Notes under the pieces: generated by a model | What the model was told of the DNA's origin: nothing | What the model saw: only the letters and a program-made list of their open reading frames with translations | The model's database searches: none | Part shown: piece by piece, positions 10,646-21,702 of the stretch | How the letters are laid out: every line of letters begins with the position of its first letter | Numbering within the stretch: the stretch's first letter is position 1 | Made by a program: the position numbers and the translations under genes | From: Histomonas meleagridis 2922-C6/04-290x | Taxonomy: Eukaryota > Protista > Parabasalia | Direction of reading: 5' to 3' | Assembly (NCBI GenBank): GCA_020184695.1 | Contig: JAANOX010000046.1 | Location: 78,466 to 142,465, forward strand | Length of the DNA: 64,000 bases

Positions 10646-13579
10646 TTATCCTAAATTTGCTTGAAGATAAGCCATTTTGATTTGATTGTTTTCACAAACA
10701 TTTGCACAAAAAGCAAGTGAATCCGGTATTTTCGACAAAATAGATGTTAAAATAGATTTAAATTCAACTAAAATTTCTGGTGTTAAATTTCTCTTTTTTA
10801 AGGATTCATTTGATTCAGAGAAAAGTTTTATCAGAGAAATAGTAACAAATGAATTTAATTCACCATTTTGATTCAAATATAACATTTTTAAAAATTCCAA
10901 AAATTTATAAGTTAATTTATAATATATATTTGGTGGAATACAATTAAAAATGTTTGTTAAAAATGGCTGTAAATTGATTTGGCACTTCTTTATAATTGAA
11001 AACAGTAATAAAACACATTTTTCACATTTTTCATTTCCTTCGTTAATTTTAGCAGCGATAAAATTAAGTACATTTCCAACATTATCAATTGCTACAGGAA
11101 AACCAATTTCAAACAATGCCGAAATACAATCAAAAGACGATATACAATCATTATTAGCAATAGCGCAACTAAATATTTGTACTTTAAATTGATCATCGAT
11201 AAATTTACTTAAGCCCATTATATAATCAGCGAAAAAAGAAATCGCGAAATTACGAAGTTGCATTTTAACATTTTCATTAAGAAATCCTTGAATTAAAGGA
11301 AGACATTGATTTAATACGCTTGTAAAACTATTTGAAATTAAAGCTCTTAATAATTCAAGAATTCCATTAAAAAGGTTTTCATCATATTGACAAATACCTC
11401 TTTGGAAAAATAATTGTCCAGTTAGAACAAGTTCAATACATTCAAATATATTTGCATCAAATATTGTTGGAAACTCTTTCGTAATGTTTGCGCATGCAAT
11501 AAATCCATTTCCACATGTTAAGTTATCAGAATTTGATGATTTGATTAAAGGTATTATTAAAGTTGTTAATATATTAGAAGCAATTTCACGTGAACCATTA
11601 ATCTTAGGTAATGCCTCTGTAATAAAAATGATACTTCTACTACATGAATATGTTCCATCTCCTGTTGGTGAATCTTTATATCGAATTAATAAGTTATAAA
11701 CTCGTTCATAATATTGTACAAATAATGTCGGATTTAATGAGATGATTTTACAGATAACTCTAAGAGATGCTGATGTAGAATTAACAGATGCTTGGAATTC
11801 AAATTCATCTTCATCAAAATCATTTGGTGCATTATCATTACTAAAATCAATTTCAGTTTCAGCAATTTGGAAAAGTAATTCAAGTGCGCCAACTCCAATC
11901 ATTTGTTGTGATTGTTCTGGAAAATATTCATAAACATCTCCAAACGCATTAATACATTCAAAAGAATTTGATGAATTAAAATTAGAACAAATATATTGAA
12001 GAAATTGTGGTACAAATTGAGCAATTTGTGCACTACATGTTTTACATAAATGTGCAATACATGAAATCGCTGGCGCTTTTATTGAGTCTTCTTCAGTATT
12101 TAATAAATGATTCATTATTCCAAATATTTGCTCGAAATAATGTGAAATTATTTCGCATCGTTTAACTAATGATGAAATACATATAACAATTTGATTTTGA
12201 ATTAAGACATTTGGTGTTTCATTAAGTAATGTTAAGAAATATTGACAAAGTTTCTCGAAAAATGAATCAATTTGTGGAATTGAATTAATAATATTATTAA
12301 AAGTCACAAAAAATTCAAGTGAAATACCATTACATATAGCATCGATTAATGGTTGTATTAATTGAGATAAATCAATTTTAGGAAATACTTCCGAAAACTC
12401 TGAGATTGCAACAGAAGTAATAACTCTAATAGAAATATCATTGTTTCTTAAACCTAACTCAAATATTTGCATTATTTCTTTTGTAACGTTTTGATATGTT
12501 TCATAACCATTTCGAAATGATGAGTAAAGCATTTGTAATACAACAAAAAAAACATTTGGTGTTTGTCCACCACTTAAAATTTCTTTAATTAAGTTCCAAA
12601 TAGAACCAAAAAATTGATCATCAAAAATAACATTCATTATTTCATTGAAGATTGATTGACTTGGTAAATCAAAATATTCATTTGGTTGATATATTTGCAT
12701 TGAATAATTTATATAAGATTTGATTACTTCGAAAACAAGATTACTTTCAATGAGACTATCGGTGTAACCGATAAAAATTGAATTCGATAACGATAGAAGT
12801 ATTGATTTGATGTTTGGATTTACATTTGGTGATACAAGAGACTGCAAGCAAATGGATAAAAGTCCGACGAAATCAAAATCAGTTGTATTAAGTGAATCAA
12901 TAAATTCAGAAAAGCCTTGACATAGTTCATCAATTATTTGAAATGAACCTGATTGAAGAGCTTCAATAAAACAACGTGAAGCAACTTGAATATATTGCTT
13001 GTAATAATCTTGGTTCATTTCATAGAGAATAGGAGCAATTTTGAGAACAAAAACTGTTGTTGTGTATTTTAAATTACTGTCATTAATTTGATATGATAAT
13101 GCAATTAAGTCACAACAAAGAGGAATTACTTCCTCTGGGAGTTGCTGTATAATTGAACTTAAAATTCTAATAGATGAATCAATCAATATTAAGTTTGATT
13201 GATTTTCAAAACAATTCTTGACAAAATTAATTATTATCGAAACCCGCTCAGGAATAAAAAATTCTGATATGTAAAAAATAGAATTTTGTCGAATAAAATC
13301 TGATCTTTCATAAATTGATAAATTAAGAAGTGAATTAAGGACATCATTAGGCTGAAGGGATGAACCAAAATTATTTTTTAGACATTTACGTAGACCAATC
13401 ATTGCGCTTTTTTGATGAAATTCGTCGTTCGTATTTTGGATAAGATTAATGAGACAAATAAAAATATCTGGAATTGAATATAAATTATCTAAAACCTGTT
13501 GTGCTTGATTAATGTTAAAACCACTTGGATCTTTCAGAATTTCGTAGCATTGTGAAAGTTGATTTATAAGCTCATCCAT
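10646..13579 (-). CDS. Importin-beta/karyopherin-like HEAT-repeat protein (importin-4-like)
   Basis: 977-aa helical ORF. N-terminus I.QAQQ.L..L....LI.LI....DE....SA.IGLRK resembles IBN_N. Acidic loop DFDEDE mid-protein. Confidence 0.6.
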   Translation of the reverse strand: MDELINQLSQCYEILKDPSGFNINQAQQVLDNLYSIPDIFICLINLIQNTNDEFHQKSAMIGLRKCLKNNFGSSLQPNDVLNSLLNLSIYERSDFIRQNSIFYISEFFIPERVSIIINFVKNCFENQSNLILIDSSIRILSSIIQQLPEEVIPLCCDLIALSYQINDSNLKYTTTVFVLKIAPILYEMNQDYYKQYIQVASRCFIEALQSGSFQIIDELCQGFSEFIDSLNTTDFDFVGLLSICLQSLVSPNVNPNIKSILLSLSNSIFIGYTDSLIESNLVFEVIKSYINYSMQIYQPNEYFDLPSQSIFNEIMNVIFDDQFFGSIWNLIKEILSGGQTPNVFFVVLQMLYSSFRNGYETYQNVTKEIMQIFELGLRNNDISIRVITSVAISEFSEVFPKIDLSQLIQPLIDAICNGISLEFFVTFNNIINSIPQIDSFFEKLCQYFLTLLNETPNVLIQNQIVICISSLVKRCEIISHYFEQIFGIMNHLLNTEEDSIKAPAISCIAHLCKTCSAQIAQFVPQFLQYICSNFNSSNSFECINAFGDVYEYFPEQSQQMIGVGALELLFQIAETEIDFSNDNAPNDFDEDEFEFQASVNSTSASLRVICKIISLNPTLFVQYYERVYNLLIRYKDSPTGDGTYSCSRSIIFITEALPKINGSREIASNILTTLIIPLIKSSNSDNLTCGNGFIACANITKEFPTIFDANIFECIELVLTGQLFFQRGICQYDENLFNGILELLRALISNSFTSVLNQCLPLIQGFLNENVKMQLRNFAISFFADYIMGLSKFIDDQFKVQIFSCAIANNDCISSFDCISALFEIGFPVAIDNVGNVLNFIAAKINEGNEKCEKCVLLLFSIIKKCQINLQPFLTNIFNCIPPNIYYKLTYKFLEFLKMLYLNQNGELNSFVTISLIKLFSESNESLKKRNLTPEILVEFKSILTSILSKIPDSLAFCANVCENNQIKMAYLQANLG

Positions 13580-14107
13580 TGATCGGCCAGATACACTTTC
13601 AAATAAATCCTCATTGAAAATTTACTACTTTACAAACAAATTGAGAGTAAATTCATCACCATAAAGCAGCAAATTAGCGAATTGGAGCTACATCAGAACC
13701 AACGAAGTAAACATTGTTAAAATGCATGACTTCTTTAAATCACCAAAGAAAAAATTCACTACCTATTTTTAAACATCAAATGTTTTATAATATTTTCTTT
13801 AATATGATCACAGCATCTAATTCTCCAAAACAAATACTTAAAGATTTAAATCAGAACGACATAAATACCATTTAAAACAAAATATAATTTCATTTATATT
13901 TCTGGAAAAGTTAAAGCTTTGTTTTCAAGAATTTCTTTTTAAGTATTATTCTTCATAATTAATTTTCTCTGTGTTATTTCATAAAAATGGCGACTTCACT
14001 CTATTTTTATTTTGAGAAGCATAAAATATTTAAACTTTTATTAAAAACCATTTTCAAAACTATCTTTTATTTATTTTTTTTATAGAAAACTTTCAAGTTT
14101 TTTTTTC

Positions 14108-17100
14108 ATGAATCCATTGCGCGAAATCATTACCAACTTCGATAAAAAAATTAATCTTCTTCAAATTCAGGAAAATGAAGACCTGGGTGAGATTCTAGAG
14201 CAACTATTAATGGAAACTTTTAAAAAAGAAATGACTTTTTTAAAGTATTTAAGTAAAACCCGAATTAATGATATTCTTAACCAATTTCTTGATGAATTAG
14301 ATAATATACTTAAAACGCCAAATATTAAAGATTTAAAAATTCATGCCATACTTAAAATATCTTTATATTATAAAATATTATCAATCTGTTGTAATCAAAT
14401 CCCTAATGAAGTTGAAGAAATACAAGATATTGTAATATGTCAAGCAATAATTAAGCAATCGTTAATTATTTATTCAAATGATTTTTCGGGTAATAATTAT
14501 AATATTGTTAGGAAGAATTTTCAATATTTCTTAACTTCTGTTGGTGATCATTCATCAATTTTATTTGAATGTATTACAGATGACTTAATAACATCATTAT
14601 CTTCAAAATCTTTTGGTTTGCATCTTAATATATTAGCAAAGTCTATCGGGAAAATATCCAGAATTTCAAAAATAATTAATGTATTTACTTCTTTACAATT
14701 ACATTCTATTAACAAGCAAAATAGAATCATTATTTGTAAAACATTAAGAAACTCTATAATTTCAATATGTAAAGCTGATGTTTTGGGATTTATTTCATTT
14801 CTAGATCAAAAACAAGATATAACGAAAGCATCATTAATATTCTCACAAATAGAAGAATGGTCAAAGTCCAATAAAAACATTAAAGGAGCATATTTGTCTA
14901 CTCAATTAGCTTTACTTATCCTTCAACCATTAAAACTTATTAATTCTAAAGAAATCCATAAAATAGCTTTCTTAAATAAATTTATTGGCATTAAAGATTT
15001 AAAAGGAAGTTCAAAAAATGCTATTATAAAGACTATTTTATATGGATTTGTCTTTCTTGCAGAATCAAATAATCATCACTTAATTAATTCTGTTATGGAT
15101 TTTATTTATACACCAAATAGTATGTTTTTATTTCAACAAAAAAAGTTTTTTAATGACCATATTGATGCAAATTTTGCTAATGGTATTTTAATGCTTGATA
15201 AAAAAGGATTCTTTGATACATATCTTCCATCTATTCTAAACTCTAAAAACTATTCGTTTATTTCAAAGATAATACAAAAAAACTGTTATCATTTTTCTAA
15301 AATTGGAAATACACCAATGTTATCATATTCAAATGCTGAAATATTAAAAGGATTTATTCCATTGTTTATAACTATATTTGAGAAAGCACATAATGATACT
15401 CAGTATAATTCATATATAACTCCAATTCTTAAAGGGTTCATTAAATATCCTTCGTGTTTTAGATGTATTATTTTAAATTGTGAAAGTTTTTTGCGTGTTT
15501 ATTTGGATTTTATTTCATCATCTCAAGATTATTTATGGCAAAAGCAACTTCTTGGGTTTTTTGATAATTCATTTATTGAAACTACTGAACATAGTCCTCA
15601 GTTTTGGAATGCTACAAAAGAAATAATTAATTTTTTATTAAATTATTATTCTACGGAAATAATATATGAGCCATTACCAAATCATGGTGTTGAAAAGTTA
15701 TTTTTAGCAGCAACAAACTTTATTCATTTATTCTTTCAAATGCCAAATTCTAAAATTATACCTAAATCAAACCTTCAATATATTTATGATATAGTATTTA
15801 ATTTGGAAGCAATTTCATTAATATTTTTTGCTTCTTCATCAAGATATCTCTTAAGTGTTGCAAGAATTATTATATCAAATCTTGTTGAAGTTGTTGATAC
15901 TGTACTTTCTGAATTAGCATTTAATGTTGAAGTTTATCAATCATTAATAACTGAAACTAGAAATATTCCACATTTAACAACAGGTCATATTTGTATTAAA
16001 AATGCTTTAAGAGTTTTGCCTTTTGCTTCACCAGGAGTAGAAATTGCTTATGAAATATTATTTCAATATGTTCAAGTGATTATTTCAAACCTTGATCCTA
16101 ATATTGATGTACCGAAAACAGACAAAGTTTTATCTTTAACAAAAACACAACTTGAAGAAGCATTTATTGGTGTTTCATCTGTCTTATATTCATTAGCTTC
16201 TGAAAATAAAGCAAGATTATATATATTATCACAAAAATTATTAGGATGTCAAGATGATTTAGGTATTTATGCAGTTGCTGTAATTCCTTCATCTTTACAT
16301 ATTCATCATCTTATGCATTTTATTACATTTTTAAAAACTATGATGGCTTCGATGGAAAATGATCAAGGAATGATTGAACAAACACCAAAAGCATTAACAA
16401 CAATTAAGAATTGTATGAAAGCATTTATTGAAATAGTTAAACAAAATTTTTGGGAACAACAAATGATATCATTAAGAATATTTTCAGAGATTACATTAGA
16501 ATTTGTTGCTTTTTGTGATTTAGTTCCTGGCCAAGAATTTAGACTTTTATGTTCGAAATGTTTAATTGCTTTAAACAAACTTCTTAACAATTATAATTTA
16601 AGTTTATTAGCAACTGATCGGAATACAATTTCTAAAACATTAATTGGTTGGTTAAATGTTAATGCAACAAAAAGTTTATCATCATTAGTTATAATAGCAC
16701 TTGCTTCAATGATTGATAATTTAAACTTTTTCGAATGTGTTGATACTTCATTACCTAAAACACCTAAAGAACAAGCATCATCACTTTTTATGTTCTATTT
16801 TGTTGCTATTAAATCTCAACTTGATAGTATTGATGATGATTCATTTATTGAAATTGTGCCTGTTTTAGCAGGTTTATTAAAGCAAAATTTAGAAATCGGT
16901 ATGGAACATTGTTTATCTATGGGATTTACTGAGAAGGATCGAGTTCGAACTGTATTTATGAGTGCTTTAGCCTCAGTTTTTAAAGTACCTGAAGCAAAAG
17001 TTGTTGATGCAGGTAAATTCCAAAAGCAAACACTTATTGATATTCTTTTTGAAGGTGATTTAGAATTAATTGAGTATTTATCCGGTATAATTTCTTATTC

Positions 17101-20100
17101 ACGTGCAGAAATATTTGGTAATGCACTTATGAATGCAGCTATATATTTAAAATGTGAGCATAAACTTCTTGAAAAAATGATTCAAATTGAATTAAAATCA
17201 ATTGATGAATCAACTAAAACAACATTATTTAGAGGAAATTCAGTTCCTTCTAGAGTTGTAGGTCAATATCCTCGTTTAGTAGGTACAAAATGGATGATAA
17301 ATTTATTACGTCCAATATTTACAAATGTTATAAACAAATGTAAAGAAAATAAAACACAATTTATTATTGAACATAATAAAATAGGACCAAATGATAATAT
17401 TGAAGAAAATCGTCAAAATTTTAGAGATTTAATAAATGATACTATTGATAAAATTTATCATGCAAGTTTAGAAATGCCGGATGGAATTAAAAAAGAAATG
17501 CAATTAATATATCAAAATGTACATGAAAAATATGGCGATTTTGCATATCAAATTTTGAATGGATTTTTCTTTTTAAGATTTTTACTTCCGACATTTACAT
17601 TACCAAAATTAATTGGATTACCTGAAGTTTTACCAGATTCACCTCGACTTACATTATTACAAATGTCATCATTTTTAATGACAACAACTTTAAAAAGAAA
17701 TTTAGATGATAAAGGTCCTGATTATTATGTTTTTAATGATATTGTTGATAGAGGCCATACATTATTTTATCAAATGTTTAAAGAAATTATTGAAAATAAA
17801 ATTGATGCTCCTTATCCACCTCTCTTGATAAATGAAATAACAACACAAAAAACACTTCATGCTGAAATTTGGCCAATTCAACAACAACTTTTAAACATTG
17901 TAATGAAAAATAGTGAAGAGACAACATTATGTAATAGTATTGAAAATTTGGTTAATAAATTACAATCAATGGGACAACCAAAAGCTCCAGTTCGTCCACG
18001 TTGTGCAACTATTTCTAATGTTAGAGAAGATGTATCATCAAAACTTGGAAATTTATTAAATTTAAAATTTTCAGAAGAACAACTTCAACAAATTAATGGT
18101 TTTATTGTACATGAAGGTCATACTGCTATTGATGGATCAGCTATAATTTATTTGTTTACCAATAAACTTGGAATGATAACAGATCCTACAATTGTTTCAT
18201 ATATAATAATGAAAACATTAAATGATGAACCAAATTCTAAAGTAACTTTTGTTGTATTTTTAGATTCATTTGATGAAACTAAACTACCAACTTCTCAAAT
18301 GATAAAGAAATTAATAGCAATGAAACCAGCAATTAAAATTTCACGTTATTTATTCTTTGAACCAAATTATGCATTTTCTAATTTTGTTTCTCGAAATCAA
18401 TCATTATTTGATAAGACAGCAAGATTTATTTTTGTTAAGGATTTAAATGATTTTAATGCTTATTTAGGTCCACCATCTGAAATTATACCTGAATCAACAT
18501 TAGAATCATTAACCAAACCTGATTCAGTTCATGCAGCAATTGTTAATGGTAAGAAAACGCAAGTTCAACTTCATCAAAGATCAATACAATTAGTAGGTGA
18601 AATAGATAAATATAAAACATTTGAATTCGCTCCAATATCAGTTATAATGGCACGAAATATTGATAAATATACTCGTCCACATCCATGTAATTTAAAGCCA
18701 AATTATGAAGAATTTATTATTGGTACAAATACAAAACAATTATATACTTTTATCCAACCTATTAATTCTACTTTATATGAAGCCATTTTTTTGGTAGCTC
18801 AAAGAAGTCAAACTTTTGATAACCTTAAAGGTAAAATTAAAATCGATTCTTCTACTTTGCAATGGTTTATGTTAATTTTAACATTTGTAAATTTAGTTGA
18901 TGAACATTCATCATCAGTTTTAAAGAAAGCTTCAATTGATTTAGCTTATGCTGTTTATTCTTCATTTACATTTAAACGTAAATTAAAAATAATCAAAACA
19001 ACACCTGAATCATTATCAGAAGATCTTTTTGGTTATGTAAAAAGAATTGCAGAAGATTTAGCAGAGAATAATCCTGAATCATATTATGAATTTATTAATG
19101 AATATCTTAATACTTATAAATATTTAGAAGAAAGAGTAAAAACCAATTCATTGATATTTTTAAAGCCATGGCTGAAATATTATGTAAATGATATAGAAGC
19201 ACACCCTGAAATAATAGAAAAAATTATTGAAATTTATAAATCTCTTCCAAAAATTACATCCTTCATTAATAATATTTGGATTGATTTCCTTTCGAATAAA
19301 AAAGCTTTAGAGTTACTTATGAGATATATATTTAAGAAATGTGATAATGGTTTGATTCAAATTGTTTTATATTTAGCTTCATTTAATAAAGAAAATGTTT
19401 CGGATATTTGGGTAAATACTTTAATGAAAGAATGTTATGATACTAATAATGAATCAATAATTTTTGTTGGTGAAGTTATTTCGACTTTATTAATTTCACA
19501 TCTTTTTGATATGAAATCTTCAATGACAAACTTAGTATATTATACTGTTAATTTACGATTTAAATTACCGAAAATAATATTATTAAATCTTCTTGATATG
19601 TTCTTCAATATGCTTCACATGTTAATATTAACAAATAATCGATTTTATTATATGGAATATTCAGACATTTGTTCGGCATTTTATACTGATGGTGAAAATT
19701 TACGTAAATTACTTGAATCTTATCATCGCAAAAGTAATAATTATAAATTTATTCAACAATCACATGTGTTAGAAAATGCATTACATAATATTATATCTCT
19801 TGATTCAGTTTTAGCAACTGAATTATTCCATAAGTTCTTTTATGATATGGATAATACAGATGATATAATTCAAGTTTTAAGTTCTCTTTTACAAGCAGCT
19901 GCTTTTTCTAAATTAAATACTAATGACTTTATAAAGAAATCGATTTATGTAATTAAAAAAACTAATGATAAAGTAATTATTTCATATGCATGTGAATCAT
20001 TTATAATGATAATGAATGAAGTTTCTCTTGAACAAGCATCAAAATTATTTTATTTTGGAATCATATCAACATTTTATATCAAAAAATCGATTGCTATAAA

Positions 20101-20701
20101 TTTATCATTAATTGCATATTCTAAATTTAAAGATTATAATAAGTTATCTATGTATATGGATAAAAATGTCATAGAAAAAATTCAAAATTGTTTATCTATT
20201 TCATTGGATAAAGAGCCTATTTTAATATTGTTAATATTATTTTCTATGTTTTATCATACAGATGATATAGAAAAATATCTGAAAAATATTTTACCGGATC
20301 AAAATATGAATTTACTTGAAAAAGTAATTTCATTAATGTATAAAAATGAATTAGATGATGATATTAGTTTTGATTTTGGGGAATTAAGTGGTACTGTAGC
20401 AACTGTTTTGGTTTTAATTGTTAAATCAATACCAAAATCTGCTTTATTGGAGTATTTAATCAAATGGATTAAAAAAGATCCAAGTGCTTTTAGATGTTTT
20501 AATATATTAAAGATAAAATATGGGGCAAAAATTCTTTCTTGTACTTATAATCCATATTTCGCTTCTCTTTTGATTTTGGCACAAGAAAGTGATGAATGTA
20601 ATTATGTTTTGGATCCATTAATGGAAAAATTTATTAAAGGCAAAGATATTGATATTGATTTAAATCAATTTTTAAGCATTATGAATCAAATTTTCCCATA
20701 A
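14108..20701 (+). CDS. Neurofibromin-like RasGAP (RasGAP domain followed by a Sec14/CRAL-TRIO-like region in a HEAT-like scaffold)
   Basis: 2197-aa ORF with TTLFRGNS (arginine finger) and GFFFLRFLLP (FLR motif), followed by a Sec14-like segment as in NF1/Ira. Confidence 0.8.
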   Translation: MNPLREIITNFDKKINLLQIQENEDLGEILEQLLMETFKKEMTFLKYLSKTRINDILNQFLDELDNILKTPNIKDLKIHAILKISLYYKILSICCNQIPNEVEEIQDIVICQAIIKQSLIIYSNDFSGNNYNIVRKNFQYFLTSVGDHSSILFECITDDLITSLSSKSFGLHLNILAKSIGKISRISKIINVFTSLQLHSINKQNRIIICKTLRNSIISICKADVLGFISFLDQKQDITKASLIFSQIEEWSKSNKNIKGAYLSTQLALLILQPLKLINSKEIHKIAFLNKFIGIKDLKGSSKNAIIKTILYGFVFLAESNNHHLINSVMDFIYTPNSMFLFQQKKFFNDHIDANFANGILMLDKKGFFDTYLPSILNSKNYSFISKIIQKNCYHFSKIGNTPMLSYSNAEILKGFIPLFITIFEKAHNDTQYNSYITPILKGFIKYPSCFRCIILNCESFLRVYLDFISSSQDYLWQKQLLGFFDNSFIETTEHSPQFWNATKEIINFLLNYYSTEIIYEPLPNHGVEKLFLAATNFIHLFFQMPNSKIIPKSNLQYIYDIVFNLEAISLIFFASSSRYLLSVARIIISNLVEVVDTVLSELAFNVEVYQSLITETRNIPHLTTGHICIKNALRVLPFASPGVEIAYEILFQYVQVIISNLDPNIDVPKTDKVLSLTKTQLEEAFIGVSSVLYSLASENKARLYILSQKLLGCQDDLGIYAVAVIPSSLHIHHLMHFITFLKTMMASMENDQGMIEQTPKALTTIKNCMKAFIEIVKQNFWEQQMISLRIFSEITLEFVAFCDLVPGQEFRLLCSKCLIALNKLLNNYNLSLLATDRNTISKTLIGWLNVNATKSLSSLVIIALASMIDNLNFFECVDTSLPKTPKEQASSLFMFYFVAIKSQLDSIDDDSFIEIVPVLAGLLKQNLEIGMEHCLSMGFTEKDRVRTVFMSALASVFKVPEAKVVDAGKFQKQTLIDILFEGDLELIEYLSGIISYSRAEIFGNALMNAAIYLKCEHKLLEKMIQIELKSIDESTKTTLFRGNSVPSRVVGQYPRLVGTKWMINLLRPIFTNVINKCKENKTQFIIEHNKIGPNDNIEENRQNFRDLINDTIDKIYHASLEMPDGIKKEMQLIYQNVHEKYGDFAYQILNGFFFLRFLLPTFTLPKLIGLPEVLPDSPRLTLLQMSSFLMTTTLKRNLDDKGPDYYVFNDIVDRGHTLFYQMFKEIIENKIDAPYPPLLINEITTQKTLHAEIWPIQQQLLNIVMKNSEETTLCNSIENLVNKLQSMGQPKAPVRPRCATISNVREDVSSKLGNLLNLKFSEEQLQQINGFIVHEGHTAIDGSAIIYLFTNKLGMITDPTIVSYIIMKTLNDEPNSKVTFVVFLDSFDETKLPTSQMIKKLIAMKPAIKISRYLFFEPNYAFSNFVSRNQSLFDKTARFIFVKDLNDFNAYLGPPSEIIPESTLESLTKPDSVHAAIVNGKKTQVQLHQRSIQLVGEIDKYKTFEFAPISVIMARNIDKYTRPHPCNLKPNYEEFIIGTNTKQLYTFIQPINSTLYEAIFLVAQRSQTFDNLKGKIKIDSSTLQWFMLILTFVNLVDEHSSSVLKKASIDLAYAVYSSFTFKRKLKIIKTTPESLSEDLFGYVKRIAEDLAENNPESYYEFINEYLNTYKYLEERVKTNSLIFLKPWLKYYVNDIEAHPEIIEKIIEIYKSLPKITSFINNIWIDFLSNKKALELLMRYIFKKCDNGLIQIVLYLASFNKENVSDIWVNTLMKECYDTNNESIIFVGEVISTLLISHLFDMKSSMTNLVYYTVNLRFKLPKIILLNLLDMFFNMLHMLILTNNRFYYMEYSDICSAFYTDGENLRKLLESYHRKSNNYKFIQQSHVLENALHNIISLDSVLATELFHKFFYDMDNTDDIIQVLSSLLQAAAFSKLNTNDFIKKSIYVIKKTNDKVIISYACESFIMIMNEVSLEQASKLFYFGIISTFYIKKSIAINLSLIAYSKFKDYNKLSMYMDKNVIEKIQNCLSISLDKEPILILLILFSMFYHTDDIEKYLKNILPDQNMNLLEKVISLMYKNELDDDISFDFGELSGTVATVLVLIVKSIPKSALLEYLIKWIKKDPSAFRCFNILKIKYGAKILSCTYNPYFASLLILAQESDECNYVLDPLMEKFIKGKDIDIDLNQFLSIMNQIFP

Positions 20702-20859
20702 CATTGTAATATATCACATGTTTTTTAAAATAATCTTAATAATTAATTCTAAATAAATTTGTTTATTATAATTTTTTACAAACATCTTCAAATCACAATT
20801 ACGTAATTGAATAATTTCCAAAAATTAATTTGATGACCAAAATTATCAAAATTTATAAA

Positions 20860-21702
20860 TAAAATAAATAAATATCAAAATCCTTTTATTGATACTTTTT
20901 TTTCAAGTAATTTAACGATTTTCATATCATTAGAATTAATTGCATGGATAAGTGCTGTTTTAAATATTTCGAATAATTTCCAAATATCTTTAAAAAACAT
21001 CAAATTAATGAATTATATTTTAAATAAAGCAAATCAATATCCTCAGCATTGAAATCAATTCCTTTTTGTTCAATAAGTAACTTAATTATTTCTATATGTC
21101 TCCATTTAATTGCCCACATAAGTGCTGTATAAAATAAATTAAAGAATTTCCAAATATATATTTCAATTATTAAATTATTTAAAATAACTTTAAAGAGAAT
21201 ATTTAAAATTCTTGAACATTAATATCAATTTTTTCATGTTTTAAAAGTAATTTAACTATTTCAACATCGTTATATGAAGATGCATACATAAGAGCTGTTG
21301 CTTATATGATAAATAATCACCAAATATAAATATGAAATTCCAAATCATTAAACTAAACTTTAAACAAAATAAATAAATATCTTTCGCATTGATATCTATT
21401 CCTCTTTTTTCAAGAAGTAATTTGGTAATTTCGGGAAAATTTTTTACAGATGAAAATATGAGTGCTGTCCAAAATAATTTGAACGATTTCCAAACATTAT
21501 TTTAAAACATAAAATTATTAAAATGAATATTATTTAAAACAAATAAACATTTTTACAATTTATGTTAATTTTTTCTTGTTTAATTAGTAACTTAGCTATT
21601 TCAACTTTATCATTTTTCATTGCCAACAAAAGAGGTGTATCAAATAATGTGAAAAAACGCCAAATTTTATTTTGAAACATAATATTTTTTTAAATAAATT
21701 TC
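20860..21702 (-). repeat. Interrupted ankyrin array, locus 1: 90-nt coding blocks alternating with 64/80/80/80/80-nt spacers
   Basis: Stop-free 30-codon blocks at 21638-21549, 21468-21379, 21298-21209 and 21128-21039, plus a degenerate terminal block from 20958. Spacers measured by hand. Confidence 0.9.
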
